Part shown: piece by piece, positions 17,876-28,879 of the stretch
Position numbering within the stretch: the stretch's first letter is position 1
Layout: every line of letters starts with the position of its first letter
IMG/VR virus record: IMGVR_UViG_3300037045_000289
Location: 1 to 28,879 of that record
Direction: 5' to 3' (one strand)
Source: a virus
Taxonomy: Duplodnaviria; Caudoviricetes
Length of the DNA stretch: 28,879 nucleotides
Made by a program: the position numbers and the translations under genes
The notes under the pieces: generated by a model
The model's database searches: none
Told to the model about the DNA's origin: nothing
The model's input: only the letters and a program-made list of their open reading frames with translations

Positions 17876-20095
17876 ATGAGTGGAGAGCTGCTGTCATCCA
17901 AAGTCGTAGTCGTCGAGGAAGAGCCTCGCGTGCGCGGCATTCCTTCGGCTCCCACGTCGGTCGCCGCGGCGGTCGGGATCGCCGAACGCGGTCCCATCGA
18001 TGTGCAGGTGCTGTGCTCGTCGTTCGAGGAATACCAGACCCGATTCGGGGGATTCACGCTGGCTGCGGACATGACCCTCGGCGCCATGGGGTTCTTCGAG
18101 AATGGAGGGACTCAGCTCTGGTGCGTGCGCACGTGCCATCACGCTGAAATCGCGGAGGCCGGGACCGCGACGGCGATCCGTGCGTCGGGCTACCTGACGT
18201 CGCCGGGGGCACCGACCCCTGCGACGGTCGTCGGCACCGCGCCCGCCCCCTTCCGGCTCGAGAACGGCGACAAGCTCGTCGGCGCCGTGAATGGTGGCGC
18301 AGACCAGGAAGCGGTGTTCCAGGGGGCTCCCGCATACGTGGAGTCGGTGGCAGGCCCGTTCGCCCTGGCGGACGGCCAGGCCCTCACGGTCCGTATCGAC
18401 GGCGGCCCTCCGCAGGTTCTGGCATTCGCGACCGCGGACTTCGACAGCATCGCCAGCGCGACCGCCAACGAAGTGGCTGCCGCCGTCAACGCGAGGCTCG
18501 AGGGCGGGAAGGCGATTGTCTCCGGGAATGCCGTCCGGCTTGCGAGCGACCGGATGGGCACCACGAGCCGGGTCGAGGTGACCGGGGGCACTGCGAACAC
18601 GGTGCTTGGCTTCCCCGCCAACCCGTCCCTCGGCACCGGCAACGTGGGCGACGTGCACGCGGTCACCGCGCTCGAGGTCCAGCAGATCGTCGAGGCCGCA
18701 ATCGCGGGTGTCATAGTGTCGACGCTCCCTGGCGGATTTCTCGAAGTTCGGACCGTCGCGACCGGGGCGACCGCTCAGGTTCAGGTACGAGCGGCTACGT
18801 CGCAGGGCTTCGGCCTCGACACGGCTCTGCACCAGGGAGCCGCGTCCGGCGCTGCAAACGCGCTGCGCGTCGAGGGGAAAGACCCGGGCGCGTACGCGAA
18901 CAGCATCGAGGTCGAGGTTCGCGTGCCCAGCTCCGGGGAGGTCGGCGCCTTCGACCTGGCTGTGGTCGAGGACGGCGTCTACCGCGAGGTCTTCCCAAAC
19001 GTCCGAATGACGCCCGGTGCGGAGCGCTACGTTGAGCGTGTCGTCAACGACGCCCGCACCGGCTCGAACCTGATCCGGGTCATCGACCAACTGCTCCAGG
19101 GCTCGCCTTCTCTGGCGATCCAGGCCGTGCAGCTTGCGGGAGGCGACGACGGGCTGGCCGGCCTCGACGACAACGACTTCATCGGCTCGCCCACGGGCAA
19201 GACTGGCATGCACGCCCTCGACCAGGTGCAGGACATCGCCCTACTGCTCATCCCCGGGCGCGCCACGTCGGCGGTCCACAACGCGATGCTCCGGTATTGC
19301 GAGGTCGATCGCGGCGGGACGGTGTTCGCGGTCCTGGACCCGCCCGCGGGGATGTCCGCGATCGAGATCGTCGGCTACGTCGAGCTCACCGCCGCGCTCC
19401 TGAACCTGTCCGAGTTCGGCGCCCTGTACTGGCCCAGGGTCAAGGTGCTCAACCCGTCGAAGGCGGTGTTCGGCTCGCAGGACAAGCTCGTGGTGCCCCC
19501 GTCAGGCATCCTCGCGGGCGTTTACGCGCGCACCGACGCCGCCCACCCCGGAGGCATCTACGACCCGCCCGCCGGCATCGACGCAGGCCGCATGTTCGGC
19601 GTGCTCGGCTTCGAGAGCGACGAGGTCCTCGAGGAGCGAAAGCGCGACCTGGTCTACCCGAAGCGGATCAACCCTCTCACCACGGGCCCGGGCCTCCCAC
19701 GCTTCATCGACGGCTCTCGTACGCTCAAGGGCGACGGCAACTTCCCGTACGTCGCCGAGCGCCGCGGGGTCATTTTCATCGAGCGCAGCCTCAAGCAAGG
19801 ACTCCAGTTCGCGAGGCACAAGAACAACACCGAAGGCCTGCGCGCCACGGTCCGCCGGACCATCACGGCGTTCCTGCTCACGCAGATGAACAACGGTGCG
19901 TTCCGCAGCCGTGAGCCGAAGACCGCGTTCTTCGTCGACGTCTCGGACCAGCTCAACACGCCCAGCGTGGTGTTCGCCGGCAAGCTGATCGCGCGCGTGG
20001 GGCTCGCCACCAACAAGCCGGCGGAGTTCATCGTGCTGCGCATCTCGCAGGACACCCGCGCCCTCGAGGCGGAGCTCGCCGCTGCCGGCGGCTGA
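17876..20095 (+). CDS. Contractile tail sheath protein
   Basis: [62 protein letters not shown]. Confidence 0.95.
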   Translation: MSGELLSSKVVVVEEEPRVRGIPSAPTSVAAAVGIAERGPIDVQVLCSSFEEYQTRFGGFTLAADMTLGAMGFFENGGTQLWCVRTCHHAEIAEAGTATAIRASGYLTSPGAPTPATVVGTAPAPFRLENGDKLVGAVNGGADQEAVFQGAPAYVESVAGPFALADGQALTVRIDGGPPQVLAFATADFDSIASATANEVAAAVNARLEGGKAIVSGNAVRLASDRMGTTSRVEVTGGTANTVLGFPANPSLGTGNVGDVHAVTALEVQQIVEAAIAGVIVSTLPGGFLEVRTVATGATAQVQVRAATSQGFGLDTALHQGAASGAANALRVEGKDPGAYANSIEVEVRVPSSGEVGAFDLAVVEDGVYREVFPNVRMTPGAERYVERVVNDARTGSNLIRVIDQLLQGSPSLAIQAVQLAGGDDGLAGLDDNDFIGSPTGKTGMHALDQVQDIALLLIPGRATSAVHNAMLRYCEVDRGGTVFAVLDPPAGMSAIEIVGYVELTAALLNLSEFGALYWPRVKVLNPSKAVFGSQDKLVVPPSGILAGVYARTDAAHPGGIYDPPAGIDAGRMFGVLGFESDEVLEERKRDLVYPKRINPLTTGPGLPRFIDGSRTLKGDGNFPYVAERRGVIFIERSLKQGLQFARHKNNTEGLRATVRRTITAFLLTQMNNGAFRSREPKTAFFVDVSDQLNTPSVVFAGKLIARVGLATNKPAEFIVLRISQDTRALEAELAAAGG

Positions 20096-20106
20096 TCGGA
20101 GGAGTC

Positions 20107-20561
<455 letters not shown>

Positions 20562-20568
<7 letters not shown>

Positions 20569-20582
20569 AGCCGAGTCACTGG
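20562..20582. terminator. Short hairpin formed by two convergent stop codons; possible bidirectional terminator
   Basis: CCAGTGA-AGCCGAG-TCACTGG; no U-tract. Confidence 0.25.
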
Positions 20583-21424
20583 CTCTCGCCGGACGCTACC
20601 TTCGCGTTGGCCGCGTCGAGAACGATACGGCGAGTCATGGTCGGGAGAGAGGGCGGCCCGTCCCCTTCGTACCTGAAGCCACAGTAGTCGAACGAGATCA
20701 TCGCCACGACGACACGATCACCAGCGCTCGTCAGCTCGATTCGGTGCTCCGCTGGCGTCTCGTCCGCGTTCACCGTGTCCGAACCGCACCCGCCGAAGGC
20801 CAGGCCTTGTGGCGTAGGGCCTTCGCCCATGACGTGCGCGCGCAGGCTGGCGAAGTGAGACGACCGGACAGCGGCAAGCCCCCACACGTACGCGATCAGG
20901 TTGAGGCAGGTTTTAGCCGCCCACCGGCTCCAGTGCGGCGCGCGGAAGTCTACCTCGCGGAAGTGGCCCTCCGGCACGTCGGGTAGCCTCTCCTCGATCT
21001 GGTCGAGTGCGACACGTTTGCCTGGGTTCTTGGTCTCAAGCTCAGCACGGATCTTCTCGAACTCCTGCCGTGACGAAGCACGAAACTCGTAGGTGTCGCC
21101 TTGGCGGCGGAGCAGCTTGCGTCTTTCGTTGCTCGCGATCGCGGTCTTCGAAATGCGATAGGTCCGTTTCCCCTCACGTGGATCGGGGTGCATCACAACC
21201 ATGGTCGCCGCCGTGCCCGACTTGCCCACGACGCCGTGCTCTACGAGGAGTTGTTTGAGGTCCTCCCGAACAGGAACATCGATGGCGTCGCCGAGCACTT
21301 TATTGTTGCACGCAGTGCAGACGGCTTCGGCCGGAAGCTTCAGGCACCCGCCAAGCCCCTCGGCGACGACATGCTCGATCGACGGGGTCAGGTTTTCCTT
21401 CTCGCAGTAGATGCAGGTTGGCAC
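20576..21424 (-). CDS. HNH endonuclease (HNH_5-like N-terminal domain) with unknown C-terminal domain
   Basis: CIYC...[12 protein letters not shown]...VCTACNN motif; antisense to the tail operon. Confidence 0.85.
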   Translation of the reverse strand: MPTCIYCEKENLTPSIEHVVAEGLGGCLKLPAEAVCTACNNKVLGDAIDVPVREDLKQLLVEHGVVGKSGTAATMVVMHPDPREGKRTYRISKTAIASNERRKLLRRQGDTYEFRASSRQEFEKIRAELETKNPGKRVALDQIEERLPDVPEGHFREVDFRAPHWSRWAAKTCLNLIAYVWGLAAVRSSHFASLRAHVMGEGPTPQGLAFGGCGSDTVNADETPAEHRIELTSAGDRVVVAMISFDYCGFRYEGDGPPSLPTMTRRIVLDAANAKVASGESQ

Positions 21425-21442
21425 GGCTCTTCTCGGCGCTCG

Positions 21443-22072
21443 CTAATCCCGGAACGTCAGCAAATAGTAATCAAGCATACGCGCGTCTGGCATCATTCCC
21501 TCGGCACGCCAGTCGTCTGCCATATGTGCAAGCCGAACGCAGTACGCCCAGTATTCCTTGTCCGCGGCGGGTGGCGGAGGGAAATCTGACGTCCACTGCC
21601 TTTTCCACGGATACCACTTTCGCGAGCTGATTCTCCCGCTCACAACGCTGTCATAGATTGGGATACAGGGTGCGTGGAAGTGAAGGTACTTCGCGACGAA
21701 CGAGCGCGGGCGGTTGCCCTCACGCATGTGAGGAAGCAACTTGTTGAGTAGATAGCCGTGCACTCTTGCTGCCTTGGCGATGCTGGGGAATGTGACCTCC
21801 GCGTCGAGCTCTCGCAATTCGGACGTCAGTCTATCCAGCGAGCGACGATTTCGGAACAGCCGATCGACTACCATTCCCAGGCCGTCGTTCGCGTGTCTCT
21901 CCAGGCCACTCGCGTAGGACCGTCCAATGATCCATACCTTCGCCCATACCTGGCCGCGGTCTTCGTGGGTTGGCCAGTCCCGGCACATCCCGTAAAGAAC
22001 ATCGTTCAGTTGTCGTGAGTAGAGGTCGTACTCCGTCTGCGCTCGATCGAAGTGCGGGAATTGCGACGTCAT
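21443..22072 (-). CDS. Putative HhH-GPD-superfamily DNA glycosylase-like protein
   Basis: RSFVAKYLHFHAPCIPIYDS (Lys...PIYD) and C-terminal R-x-LDYYL; visibly lower GC; alternative TTG start at 22117. Confidence 0.6.
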   Translation of the reverse strand: MTSQFPHFDRAQTEYDLYSRQLNDVLYGMCRDWPTHEDRGQVWAKVWIIGRSYASGLERHANDGLGMVVDRLFRNRRSLDRLTSELRELDAEVTFPSIAKAARVHGYLLNKLLPHMREGNRPRSFVAKYLHFHAPCIPIYDSVVSGRISSRKWYPWKRQWTSDFPPPPAADKEYWAYCVRLAHMADDWRAEGMMPDARMLDYYLLTFRD

Positions 22073-22097
22073 GGTCTGGCTACCCGGTGCCTTCCAT

Positions 22098-22313
22098 TCA
22101 AGGAATGCGGTGGTCAAGTTCCATCAGGAGGTTGTCAGCCGTTCGGTCCGCTTCGTCCCAGCCGTCCCGTGGGAGCACGTAGGCGCAGACCATCCCGTCG
22201 AACGCCTTTCTCAGTTCAGCGTCGGCCTTCCGCTGTGCATCGCCTGGCGCTGCCACGCGCAGCTTGCTCATCGCTCGACACCAAGCCCGTGCTGCATCAG
22301 AGAGTTGTCCCAT
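22098..22313 (-). CDS. Small helical hypothetical protein (71 aa), first gene of the reverse cassette
   Basis: ATG at 22313 with GGAGG 7 nt upstream on the - strand; [19 protein letters not shown]...LMELDHRIP. Confidence 0.5.
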   Translation of the reverse strand: MGQLSDAARAWCRAMSKLRVAAPGDAQRKADAELRKAFDGMVCAYVLPRDGWDEADRTADNLLMELDHRIP

Positions 22314-22359
22314 CCAGGCACCTCCGCGCTTTGGGTCCGTGGATGATGCACTTCTTCTT

Positions 22360-22387
22360 GTCCCAGATCGAGATCGATTCCGCTCTG
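22360..22387 (+). promoter_or_regulatory. Putative phage late promoter, copy 5 (GTCCC-N18-CTCTG)
   Basis: GTCCC 22360-22364, CTCTG 22383-22387; restarts + strand genes after the reverse cassette. Confidence 0.65.
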
Positions 22388-22422
22388 CCTCCTGGGAGCC
22401 CCACGCTCCGAAAGGCAACGGC

Positions 22423-23196
22423 ATGCCCCACATCATCACCTGCCCCACGGGACTCACCGGCTCGATCCGCGGCCTCAAGGTCCGCGAAGAGCGCTTCCTC
22501 GCTGATCGCAAGCTCGCCAAGACCGGCAGCGTCGTCGACGAGCTGCTTCGCGCCTGCTGGGAGGAGACCCACGACGCCAGCCCCTACGACTTCGGCGGCA
22601 AGACGATCGACTGGGACAAGGTCCTGCAGGGGGACAGGTTCTTCGCGTTGATCGAGATCCGCGCGCTGACCTACGGCTCCGAGTACGCCTTCTCGGTCAC
22701 GTGCAGCGAGGCCGGTTGCCGGGCGCGCATCGACTGGGAGCTCGACTTGCGGCAGCTCCCGGTCCGTTCGCTCTCGGAGTCAAGCCGAGCCGCGTTCTTG
22801 GACGGGAACCGCTTCGAGACGAAGCTTCCCGATGCGGGGCGCCGAGCGTGGTTCCGACTGCTGACCGGCGCCGACGAGCACAAGCTGCCCGCCATCAAAC
22901 GCAACGCCGGCGAGCGCATGCTCTCCGCGATGCTCGCCTTCCGCTGCCTCGAGGTCGAGGGCGTCGAGGACAAGGACAAGCGCCGCTTCCTCGAGGACAT
23001 CTCGATGCGGGACGCGGACTACCTCCTCGACGAGTTCGACCGCGTGGACTGCGGCGTCGAGACCACGATCGAGGTGGAGTGCCCCGAGTGCTTCGCGCGG
23101 CAACACGTGCAGCTCCCTTTCGACCAGAGCTTCTTCCTTCCGGGCAAGGCCCGGACGGCACGGAGGCGGGACCCGAGTGGCTCCTCCCCGCAGTAG
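22423..23196 (+). CDS. Tail/baseplate-hub assembly chaperone (T4 gp26-like)
   Basis: [17 protein letters not shown]-x4-C and CPEC Zn sites, LPF..SFFLP end; between tube and tape measure. Confidence 0.75.
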   Translation: MPHIITCPTGLTGSIRGLKVREERFLADRKLAKTGSVVDELLRACWEETHDASPYDFGGKTIDWDKVLQGDRFFALIEIRALTYGSEYAFSVTCSEAGCRARIDWELDLRQLPVRSLSESSRAAFLDGNRFETKLPDAGRRAWFRLLTGADEHKLPAIKRNAGERMLSAMLAFRCLEVEGVEDKDKRRFLEDISMRDADYLLDEFDRVDCGVETTIEVECPECFARQHVQLPFDQSFFLPGKARTARRRDPSGSSPQ

Positions 23197-23384
23197 ACCC
23201 CGACGCCTGGCGCGAGGCGCTGTTCCAGCTTTGCTGGCGCCAGCACGGCGGGTCGGGGCTCGGCATGAGCATGGGCGAGGCACTCGAGATGACCACGGCC
23301 GATCGCGACTGGTTCATCGAGCGCATCGGCGACCAACGATCGCGTGAAGCCAGGGAGATCGAACGCGCCGGCAAGAAACGGTGA
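23115..23384 (+). CDS. Second chaperone segment (gp51/gpT-like), probably reached by -1 frameshift
   Basis: The -1 frame reads [37 protein letters not shown] with GC3 bias; no in-frame start before ATG 23265; C CCT TTC heptamer at 23115-23121. Confidence 0.55.
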   Translation, partial: PFRPELLPSGQGPDGTEAGPEWLLPAVDPDAWREALFQLCWRQHGGSGLGMSMGEALEMTTADRDWFIERIGDQRSREAREIERAGKKR

Positions 23385-23390
23385 CCAGCC

Positions 23391-26072
23391 ATGATGAACA
23401 ACATGGGTCTCGGCTTCATCTTCACCGCCCGCGATCTTGCGTCGTCGAAGATGATGTCGCTCGAGCGCCACTTCATGAGCCTGGACCGGCGGGTCGGCCT
23501 CGGCACCGACAGCATTGCGTCGGCGTTCGGGCAGCTCAGCATCGGGCTCGGGGTGATGACCGCTGGCGCCGCCATGGTTGGCGGGGCGTTCGCCCTCGCG
23601 GACAAGGCCGGCCAGTTCGAGCAGGCGATCGCGGCCGTCGCCGCGGTGTCGGGCGCCTCCAGGGAGGAGCTGGCCCTCCTCAAGGACGCTGCCATCGACG
23701 CCGGCATCGCGACCCAGTTCTCGCCGACCGAGGCGACTGTCGGGCTCAAGGAGCTCGCGCAGGCGGGCTTCAACGCCCAGGACTCGATGAAGCTGCTCAT
23801 CCCCGTGCTCGACCTCGCGGGCGGCTCCCTCGGGGAGCTGAGCCCAGCACAGGCCGCGGGCTTGGCGTCGCAGGCGCTGAAGGCGTTTGGGCTGTCGGCG
23901 GACTCCGCGACGATCGCGGTCGACCAGATGCTGCAGGCGGTCAACGTGTTCGCCCTGAACGCGTCCGAGCTCCCCATGGCCCTCGGCATCGCATCGCGCG
24001 GGGCACAGGCGCTGCACCAGTCGATGTCGGAGACGCTCGTCTCCCTCGGCCTGGTCAAGAACATCATCCCCGGCGTCGAGCGCGCTTCCACCGGCCTGGC
24101 GGTCGCGATGGAGCGCATGGCCGACCACAAGGTCCAGAACGCCCTCAAGGGCCTCGGCGTGTCGGTCACGACCAAGGAAGGGGGCTTCCGCAGCTTCCTC
24201 GACATCATCGGGGACATGGTCCCGAAGCTCAACGAGATGACCGACGCGAAGCGGTCCTCGTTCCTCATCGACACGTTCGGGGCCCACGCACTCGGCAGCT
24301 TGCAGGCGATTCTTACGCAGGTGACCAACGGCATCACCACGAACACCGGCGCGACGGTGAAAGGCGCCGACGCAATCGCCTACCTCCGCAAGCAGTTCGA
24401 GAACGCCGGAGGCACCGCGGCCGCGTTCCGCGACAAGATGCTCGACACCTTCGCTGGGCAGAAGCAGCTCCTGAGCGGCTCGCTCGAGACGCTGGCGATC
24501 GTCGTTGGCGAGCCCTTTGCCAAGGTGTTCAAGCCGATCATCGCAGTGGTCATCGACGCTCTCAACGGGTTCATCCGGTTCGTCCGCGCGATGCCCGGCC
24601 CGGTGACGAAGGGCTTCGCCGCGCTCTTCGTCGGCGCCGGCGCGATTCTCACGGTCGTCGGCGCGGCTATCGCCGCCAAGGCGGGTATCGCGCTGCTCGT
24701 GATTGGCCTCAAGGCTGCGGGAATCACGATCAGCGGGATTCTGGCCGTGATGTTGCCTGCGATCGCAGTGGTCGCTGCGGTCGGCCTCGCCGTCGCGGGG
24801 CTCTACGTGGCATTCCAGAAGAACGTGGGAGGCATCGCGGACCTCTCCCGGCGCATGTGGGCGCGCGTATCGCTCTTCTTCGACGCCATCAAGCAGCTCG
24901 TCGAGCAGGGCGGGTTCTCGGGCGCCGTGCGTGAGGAGCTCAACAAGGCAGAGAACGCGGGGCTGAAGGACTTCCTGATCAACCTCTTCCTGTGGGGCAA
25001 TCGAATCAGCAACTTCTTCTCGGGTATCGCCACGGGGTTCTCGGCTGGCGTGGAAGCAGCCCGTCCCACGCTGGACCGGTTCATGGCCGCGCTGGAGCGT
25101 CTCGGCGTAGCGCTCGGGTTCCTGAGCGAGCGCGACGATGCGGGCGCTGCCAGCGAGAAGTTCAAGGCATTCGGCACCACCGGGGAATCGGTGGGGAGGA
25201 CCCTCGCGGTCGCATTCGACCTCCTGATGCAGGGGATGACGGCGGTGATCCAGATCGCCACCGGTGTTGCCAGCGCATGGGACATGGTGCGCCCCGCAGC
25301 GGAGCTGCTATCGAATGCGGTCACGCAGCTCGGAGCGAAGCTCGCCGAGTCGATCAACGCTCTGTCCGGAAACGCGAGCGCGACCCGTGAGAACGGCGAC
25401 GCTTGGACCTCGCTCGGCACGGTCATTGGGTTCGCCGTGTCGGTTATCGTCGGGGCGATCGGCCTCGTGGTGGCGGTCATCTCGGCTGGGGTGTCGATCG
25501 TCAGCGGCGTCGTCGGCGCCGTCATTGCCATCTTCTCCGGGCTGGCCGACGTGGTTACCGGCGTGGTGTTCATCATCGGAGGCATCTTCAGCGGCTCGTG
25601 GAGCGAGATCTGGACCGGCATGAAGCTCATCGCGTTCGGTGTGATCGATGCGGTAATCGGCGCCGTGCTCGAGCTCGCGGGAGCCATCGGCGGCGTGATC
25701 GATTCGATTGCCGGCCTGTTCGGCGCTTCGACCGGGATCCAGTCCGCAGTGCGGGACTTCAAGGGCTTCACCCACCGCGAGATGGCGCAGGACTTCGGTG
25801 TCGAGTCGCTCAGCTTCACACCAGTGAAGCCGACCACGGCCGGCCGAGCGCCAGCGTCGGCAACGCCTGCGACCACGCCGATGCCCGCGCTTGCATCGCT
25901 CCCGCTGTCGACCCAGCCGAATCCGTTCGCGCTGCCTGTGACCCAGAACGTCCCGCCGCCTCAGCCCGTCATCGTGAACGTGCAGATCGATGGGCAGACC
26001 GTGGCGCGCGCGGTCCACAAGGCGGGCTCGGACACGGCTTCACGCAGCTTCTCGCCAGTGCCGGCGTACTGA
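23391..26072 (+). CDS. Tail tape measure protein (TP901-family core)
   Basis: [37 protein letters not shown]; long Ala/Gly-rich helical and hydrophobic repeats; 893 aa. Confidence 0.93.
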   Translation: MMNNMGLGFIFTARDLASSKMMSLERHFMSLDRRVGLGTDSIASAFGQLSIGLGVMTAGAAMVGGAFALADKAGQFEQAIAAVAAVSGASREELALLKDAAIDAGIATQFSPTEATVGLKELAQAGFNAQDSMKLLIPVLDLAGGSLGELSPAQAAGLASQALKAFGLSADSATIAVDQMLQAVNVFALNASELPMALGIASRGAQALHQSMSETLVSLGLVKNIIPGVERASTGLAVAMERMADHKVQNALKGLGVSVTTKEGGFRSFLDIIGDMVPKLNEMTDAKRSSFLIDTFGAHALGSLQAILTQVTNGITTNTGATVKGADAIAYLRKQFENAGGTAAAFRDKMLDTFAGQKQLLSGSLETLAIVVGEPFAKVFKPIIAVVIDALNGFIRFVRAMPGPVTKGFAALFVGAGAILTVVGAAIAAKAGIALLVIGLKAAGITISGILAVMLPAIAVVAAVGLAVAGLYVAFQKNVGGIADLSRRMWARVSLFFDAIKQLVEQGGFSGAVREELNKAENAGLKDFLINLFLWGNRISNFFSGIATGFSAGVEAARPTLDRFMAALERLGVALGFLSERDDAGAASEKFKAFGTTGESVGRTLAVAFDLLMQGMTAVIQIATGVASAWDMVRPAAELLSNAVTQLGAKLAESINALSGNASATRENGDAWTSLGTVIGFAVSVIVGAIGLVVAVISAGVSIVSGVVGAVIAIFSGLADVVTGVVFIIGGIFSGSWSEIWTGMKLIAFGVIDAVIGAVLELAGAIGGVIDSIAGLFGASTGIQSAVRDFKGFTHREMAQDFGVESLSFTPVKPTTAGRAPASATPATTPMPALASLPLSTQPNPFALPVTQNVPPPQPVIVNVQIDGQTVARAVHKAGSDTASRSFSPVPAY

Positions 26073-26079
26073 GGACGCG

Positions 26080-26589
26080 ATGGGGATCGAGTACGCTGGA
26101 ACCCGCCCGACGCGCTGCTCGCTGGTCAACGTCGAGACGGCAGAAAGCATCGATTGCCTGTTCAACCCCACGCAACTCTCGGAGAAGGTCCAGATCAACT
26201 GGAATCGCGTCACGGTGCCCGGGCTGTCGCACCAGCTCCTGCAGTTCCAATCGACAGGAAACCGGCAGCTCTCCGGCGTGGAGTTCTACCTGGACCGGTT
26301 CTTCTCCTCGGAGCAGATCGCGACGCCCGACATCCTCGAATTCCGCGGGTTCCTCCGCGCGCTCACTGTGCCGCCCAAGGGCACAGAGGGCGTGCCCGCC
26401 ACGGCCCCGCCGCGAACGCTGTTCATCTGGCCGAACGTGCTCACCATCGAGACGGTGCTGACCGACCTCGAGTTCCAGTACAAGCAGTTCGCGGCTGACG
26501 GGAAGGTGCAGGTGTACACGGCTGTCGTCACATTCGAGGAGATCCTCGACATGCGTGTGACTTCCGAAGAACGGAGGCAAGAGGTCTGA
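26080..26589 (+). CDS. Tail tube initiator / CIS-tube-like baseplate protein
   Basis: ATG 26080 with RBS GAGG; [25 protein letters not shown] motifs. Confidence 0.75.
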   Translation: MGIEYAGTRPTRCSLVNVETAESIDCLFNPTQLSEKVQINWNRVTVPGLSHQLLQFQSTGNRQLSGVEFYLDRFFSSEQIATPDILEFRGFLRALTVPPKGTEGVPATAPPRTLFIWPNVLTIETVLTDLEFQYKQFAADGKVQVYTAVVTFEEILDMRVTSEERRQEV

Positions 26590-26930
26590 TGCCCCCGCAA
26601 TCCGGCTCGCGTCACGGCTTCTGCCTGGGTGTGCTCGACGAGGACGGGCGAAGGTTCCTCACCGAACGCGAGCCCTTCCGGTACCGCGTGTTCGCCGACA
26701 ACCGCATCCACCGCGTCGTCGGCGGCGAGACGCTGTTCGACCTGGCCGGTCGTTACTTCGCGCCGCTACCGCGGGCGTGCGGCTTCTGGTGGGCGATCGC
26801 CGACTTCCAGCCGGACCCGATCCTCGACCCTACGCTCGCGCTCGAGGAGGGGTCGACGGTGGTCATCCCGTCGACACGGGTTCTGACGGACGTGGTCCTG
26901 GCGGAGGCGAGGAGGAGGGAAGCGGGATAG
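26589..26930 (+). CDS. LysM-like baseplate protein (P2 gpX / T4 gp53-like)
   Basis: HRVVGGETLFDLAGRYF...WWAIAD...DP..LEEGSTVVIP. Confidence 0.8.
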   Translation: MPPQSGSRHGFCLGVLDEDGRRFLTEREPFRYRVFADNRIHRVVGGETLFDLAGRYFAPLPRACGFWWAIADFQPDPILDPTLALEEGSTVVIPSTRVLTDVVLAEARRREAG

Positions 26931-26936
26931 CACCTT

Positions 26937-26964
26937 GTCCCGGCCGGCGCGTGGGAAGGCTCTG
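26937..26964 (+). promoter_or_regulatory. Putative phage late promoter, copy 6 (GTCCC-N18-CTCTG)
   Basis: GTCCC 26937-26941, CTCTG 26960-26964, in a 54-bp gap before the hub gene. Confidence 0.65.
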
Positions 26965-26984
26965 CTCTTCGGCGAGTCTCATCC

Positions 26985-28265
26985 ATGTTCTCCAATCGCT
27001 CCTCCCCCGGCGTCCGCCTCGCGCTCTTCAAGGACGAGAAAGCCGCCGCTGGTGAGCCGCTCGACCTGGGCGGTCGCCTGCTCTCGATGACCTTCGAGGA
27101 CTGCGACAACAAGGCCGACAAGCTCTCCCTGCTGCTTGACAACTTCGACCTCGCCCTGTTCGACCGCGAGGAGCTCATGGGCGGCGCCGTCGTCGAGGTC
27201 TCCTGGGGGTACCCCGGCAACATGTCGCCGCCAAAGCGCGCGGTCATCAAGTCGATGAAGGGCTTCCAGCAGCTCACGCTGGAGGGCCAGGCGCTCTCGA
27301 CGCTCATGAACCAGCAAGCCAAGACCCGGCGATGGGAGGGCAAGACCCGCGCCGAGGTCGTCCGCGAGGTCGCGAAGGACGCCGGGTACGAGGGGGCGCT
27401 CGTGGACATCGAGGACACGCCCGACGCGCTCGACGTGATCAACCAGGCGGCCGAGACCGACGCGCGCTTCCTCACGCGCCTCGCGGCCAAAGAGGGCTTC
27501 CAGTTCTTCGTGGACGGCACCGGGCTGCACTTCCACCCGCGACGCCAGGATGCGGCGCCCACCCACGTGTTCACGTGGTACGCGGACCCCGAGCGGGGCG
27601 AAGTGATCTCCGTCAACACGGACTCCGACCTCGCGAAGCGTGCTGGCAACGTGACCGTGAAGGGACGCGACCCGAAGGCAAAGACCACGCACGAGGTGTC
27701 GTCGAACGCCGACACGGCCAAGAGGTCGACGCTCGCCGACACGATCGAGGTGGTCAACCCGGCCAACGGCACCACCTCCGTGCTGAAGCGAAACGCGACG
27801 GCGAATGTCGCGCCCTCGACGGCCACCACGAAGACCGCTGCCCAGCGAGAAGCCGACGCTCGCTTCGTGAAGGCCGAGCGCGAGACCATCAAGCTCACGA
27901 TGCAGGTCGTGGGCGACCCCACGATCGCGGCAAAGACGGTGGTCGAGGTCCGAGGCATCTCGCCGCTGCTCTCGGGGAAGTACTACGTGACCGAGGCCAA
28001 GCACTCCGTGTCGTCGTCGGGCTACACGGTAGACCTCAAGCTCAAGCGCGACGGCAAGGGAAAGCCCGGTCAGGGTGGGGGTGCGGGCTCGCAGCGCACC
28101 AAGCCGCAGACCGGCGACCACAACGCGTCGGCGCCCAAGGTGCCTGGCAAACGCCAGCCCGTCGAACGGGTCAACGCGGAGACCGGGGAGACCTACGTCG
28201 AATACCGCGACGACAGCGGCCGTTCGAATGACCCCGAGGCAAGGCCACACGGTGGAGGGCGATAA
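26985..28265 (+). CDS. Baseplate hub protein (P2 gpD / late control D / VgrG N-terminal-like)
   Basis: [48 protein letters not shown]....H. Confidence 0.88.
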   Translation: MFSNRSSPGVRLALFKDEKAAAGEPLDLGGRLLSMTFEDCDNKADKLSLLLDNFDLALFDREELMGGAVVEVSWGYPGNMSPPKRAVIKSMKGFQQLTLEGQALSTLMNQQAKTRRWEGKTRAEVVREVAKDAGYEGALVDIEDTPDALDVINQAAETDARFLTRLAAKEGFQFFVDGTGLHFHPRRQDAAPTHVFTWYADPERGEVISVNTDSDLAKRAGNVTVKGRDPKAKTTHEVSSNADTAKRSTLADTIEVVNPANGTTSVLKRNATANVAPSTATTKTAAQREADARFVKAERETIKLTMQVVGDPTIAAKTVVEVRGISPLLSGKYYVTEAKHSVSSSGYTVDLKLKRDGKGKPGQGGGAGSQRTKPQTGDHNASAPKVPGKRQPVERVNAETGETYVEYRDDSGRSNDPEARPHGGGR

Positions 28266-28267
28266 TC

Positions 28268-28849
28268 GTGTATCCGCAATTCGATGACGACCTCGGGCAG
28301 AACGACACGCGGCTGCTCGGCATGTACGTGGGATACGTGGTCGACCGGAAAGACCCCGAGCAACTCGGCCGTGTCCGCGTGTGCGTTCCCGGGTTGATCG
28401 AGCCGAGCAGCGGGTGGGCCTGGCCGCTCGGGACCGTCGGGGGCGGCTCGAAGGACCGCGGCTTCTTCGCCGTGCCCGAGGAGAACGCCGAGGTCGCGCT
28501 GTTCTTCAATCAGGGGGACATCGACCAGCCCTATTACCTCGCAGCGCACTGGGCGAAGCCCGACGGGCAATCCGAAGTGCCGGAGGAGGCGCAGAAGGAC
28601 CCGCCCGACAATCGGGTCTTGGCCACCGAGACCTTCCGCATCGAGCTCGACGAAACCAAGGGTGCGCGGAAGCTCAAACTGACCAACAAGAAGACTGGCG
28701 ACTACCTCGAGTTCAACGCCGAGGCGAACACGGTCACGCTGCAGGCGACGACCTCGCTCACGATCCGCGCGGTCGGCGGCATCGCGCTCGAGGCCACGCA
28801 GGTAAACATCGCGGGCAGGGTGGTTCGCCCCGTGGCGGAGGCTATCTGA
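28268..28849 (+). CDS. Baseplate spike protein V (gp5 OB-fold)
   Basis: [39 protein letters not shown]; beta-helix-like C-terminus. Confidence 0.9.
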   Translation: MYPQFDDDLGQNDTRLLGMYVGYVVDRKDPEQLGRVRVCVPGLIEPSSGWAWPLGTVGGGSKDRGFFAVPEENAEVALFFNQGDIDQPYYLAAHWAKPDGQSEVPEEAQKDPPDNRVLATETFRIELDETKGARKLKLTNKKTGDYLEFNAEANTVTLQATTSLTIRAVGGIALEATQVNIAGRVVRPVAEAI

Positions 28850-28879
28850 TGGCGTTCGACATCTGCCTGCAATTACCCG
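28849..28879 (+). CDS. Start of the next gene (3' truncated)
   Basis: TGATG coupling, [18 protein letters not shown]. Confidence 0.55.
   Translation, partial: MAFDICLQLP

Overview
The window is a GC-rich temperate phage/prophage late region, almost all on the + strand. The host is possibly myxobacterial (inference only). Gene order: end of a sigma-region-4-like gene, Holliday junction resolvase, putative TerS, an inverted small tyrosine recombinase, TerL, portal, two Zn-finger genes, MuF/SPP1-gp7, a tandem Dam-type methyltransferase fused to an XkdF-type prohead protease, scaffold, major capsid, head-tail joining genes, a lipoprotein and zincin pair, and a contractile tail (sheath, T4 gp19-type tube, chaperone, tape measure, tube initiator, LysM-like, gpD hub, gpV spike). 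Three accessory inserts interrupt the backbone: a PLD-like + HEPN pair, a helical DNA-binding-like gene, and a reverse-strand small ORF + HhH-glycosylase-like + HNH cassette. Most notable: (1) the double MTase-protease polyprotein has Lys-Ala/Ser/Thr motifs at each domain boundary and a leader shared with MuF, suggesting capsid-packaged, proteolytically released methyltransferases; (2) six copies of a YGTCCC-N18/19-CTCTG motif lie upstream of late genes, including after every accessory insert; (3) GCCGCTTT arms flank the recombinase; (4) two candidate anti-phage cassettes. All family calls come from motif recognition by eye; no searches were run.
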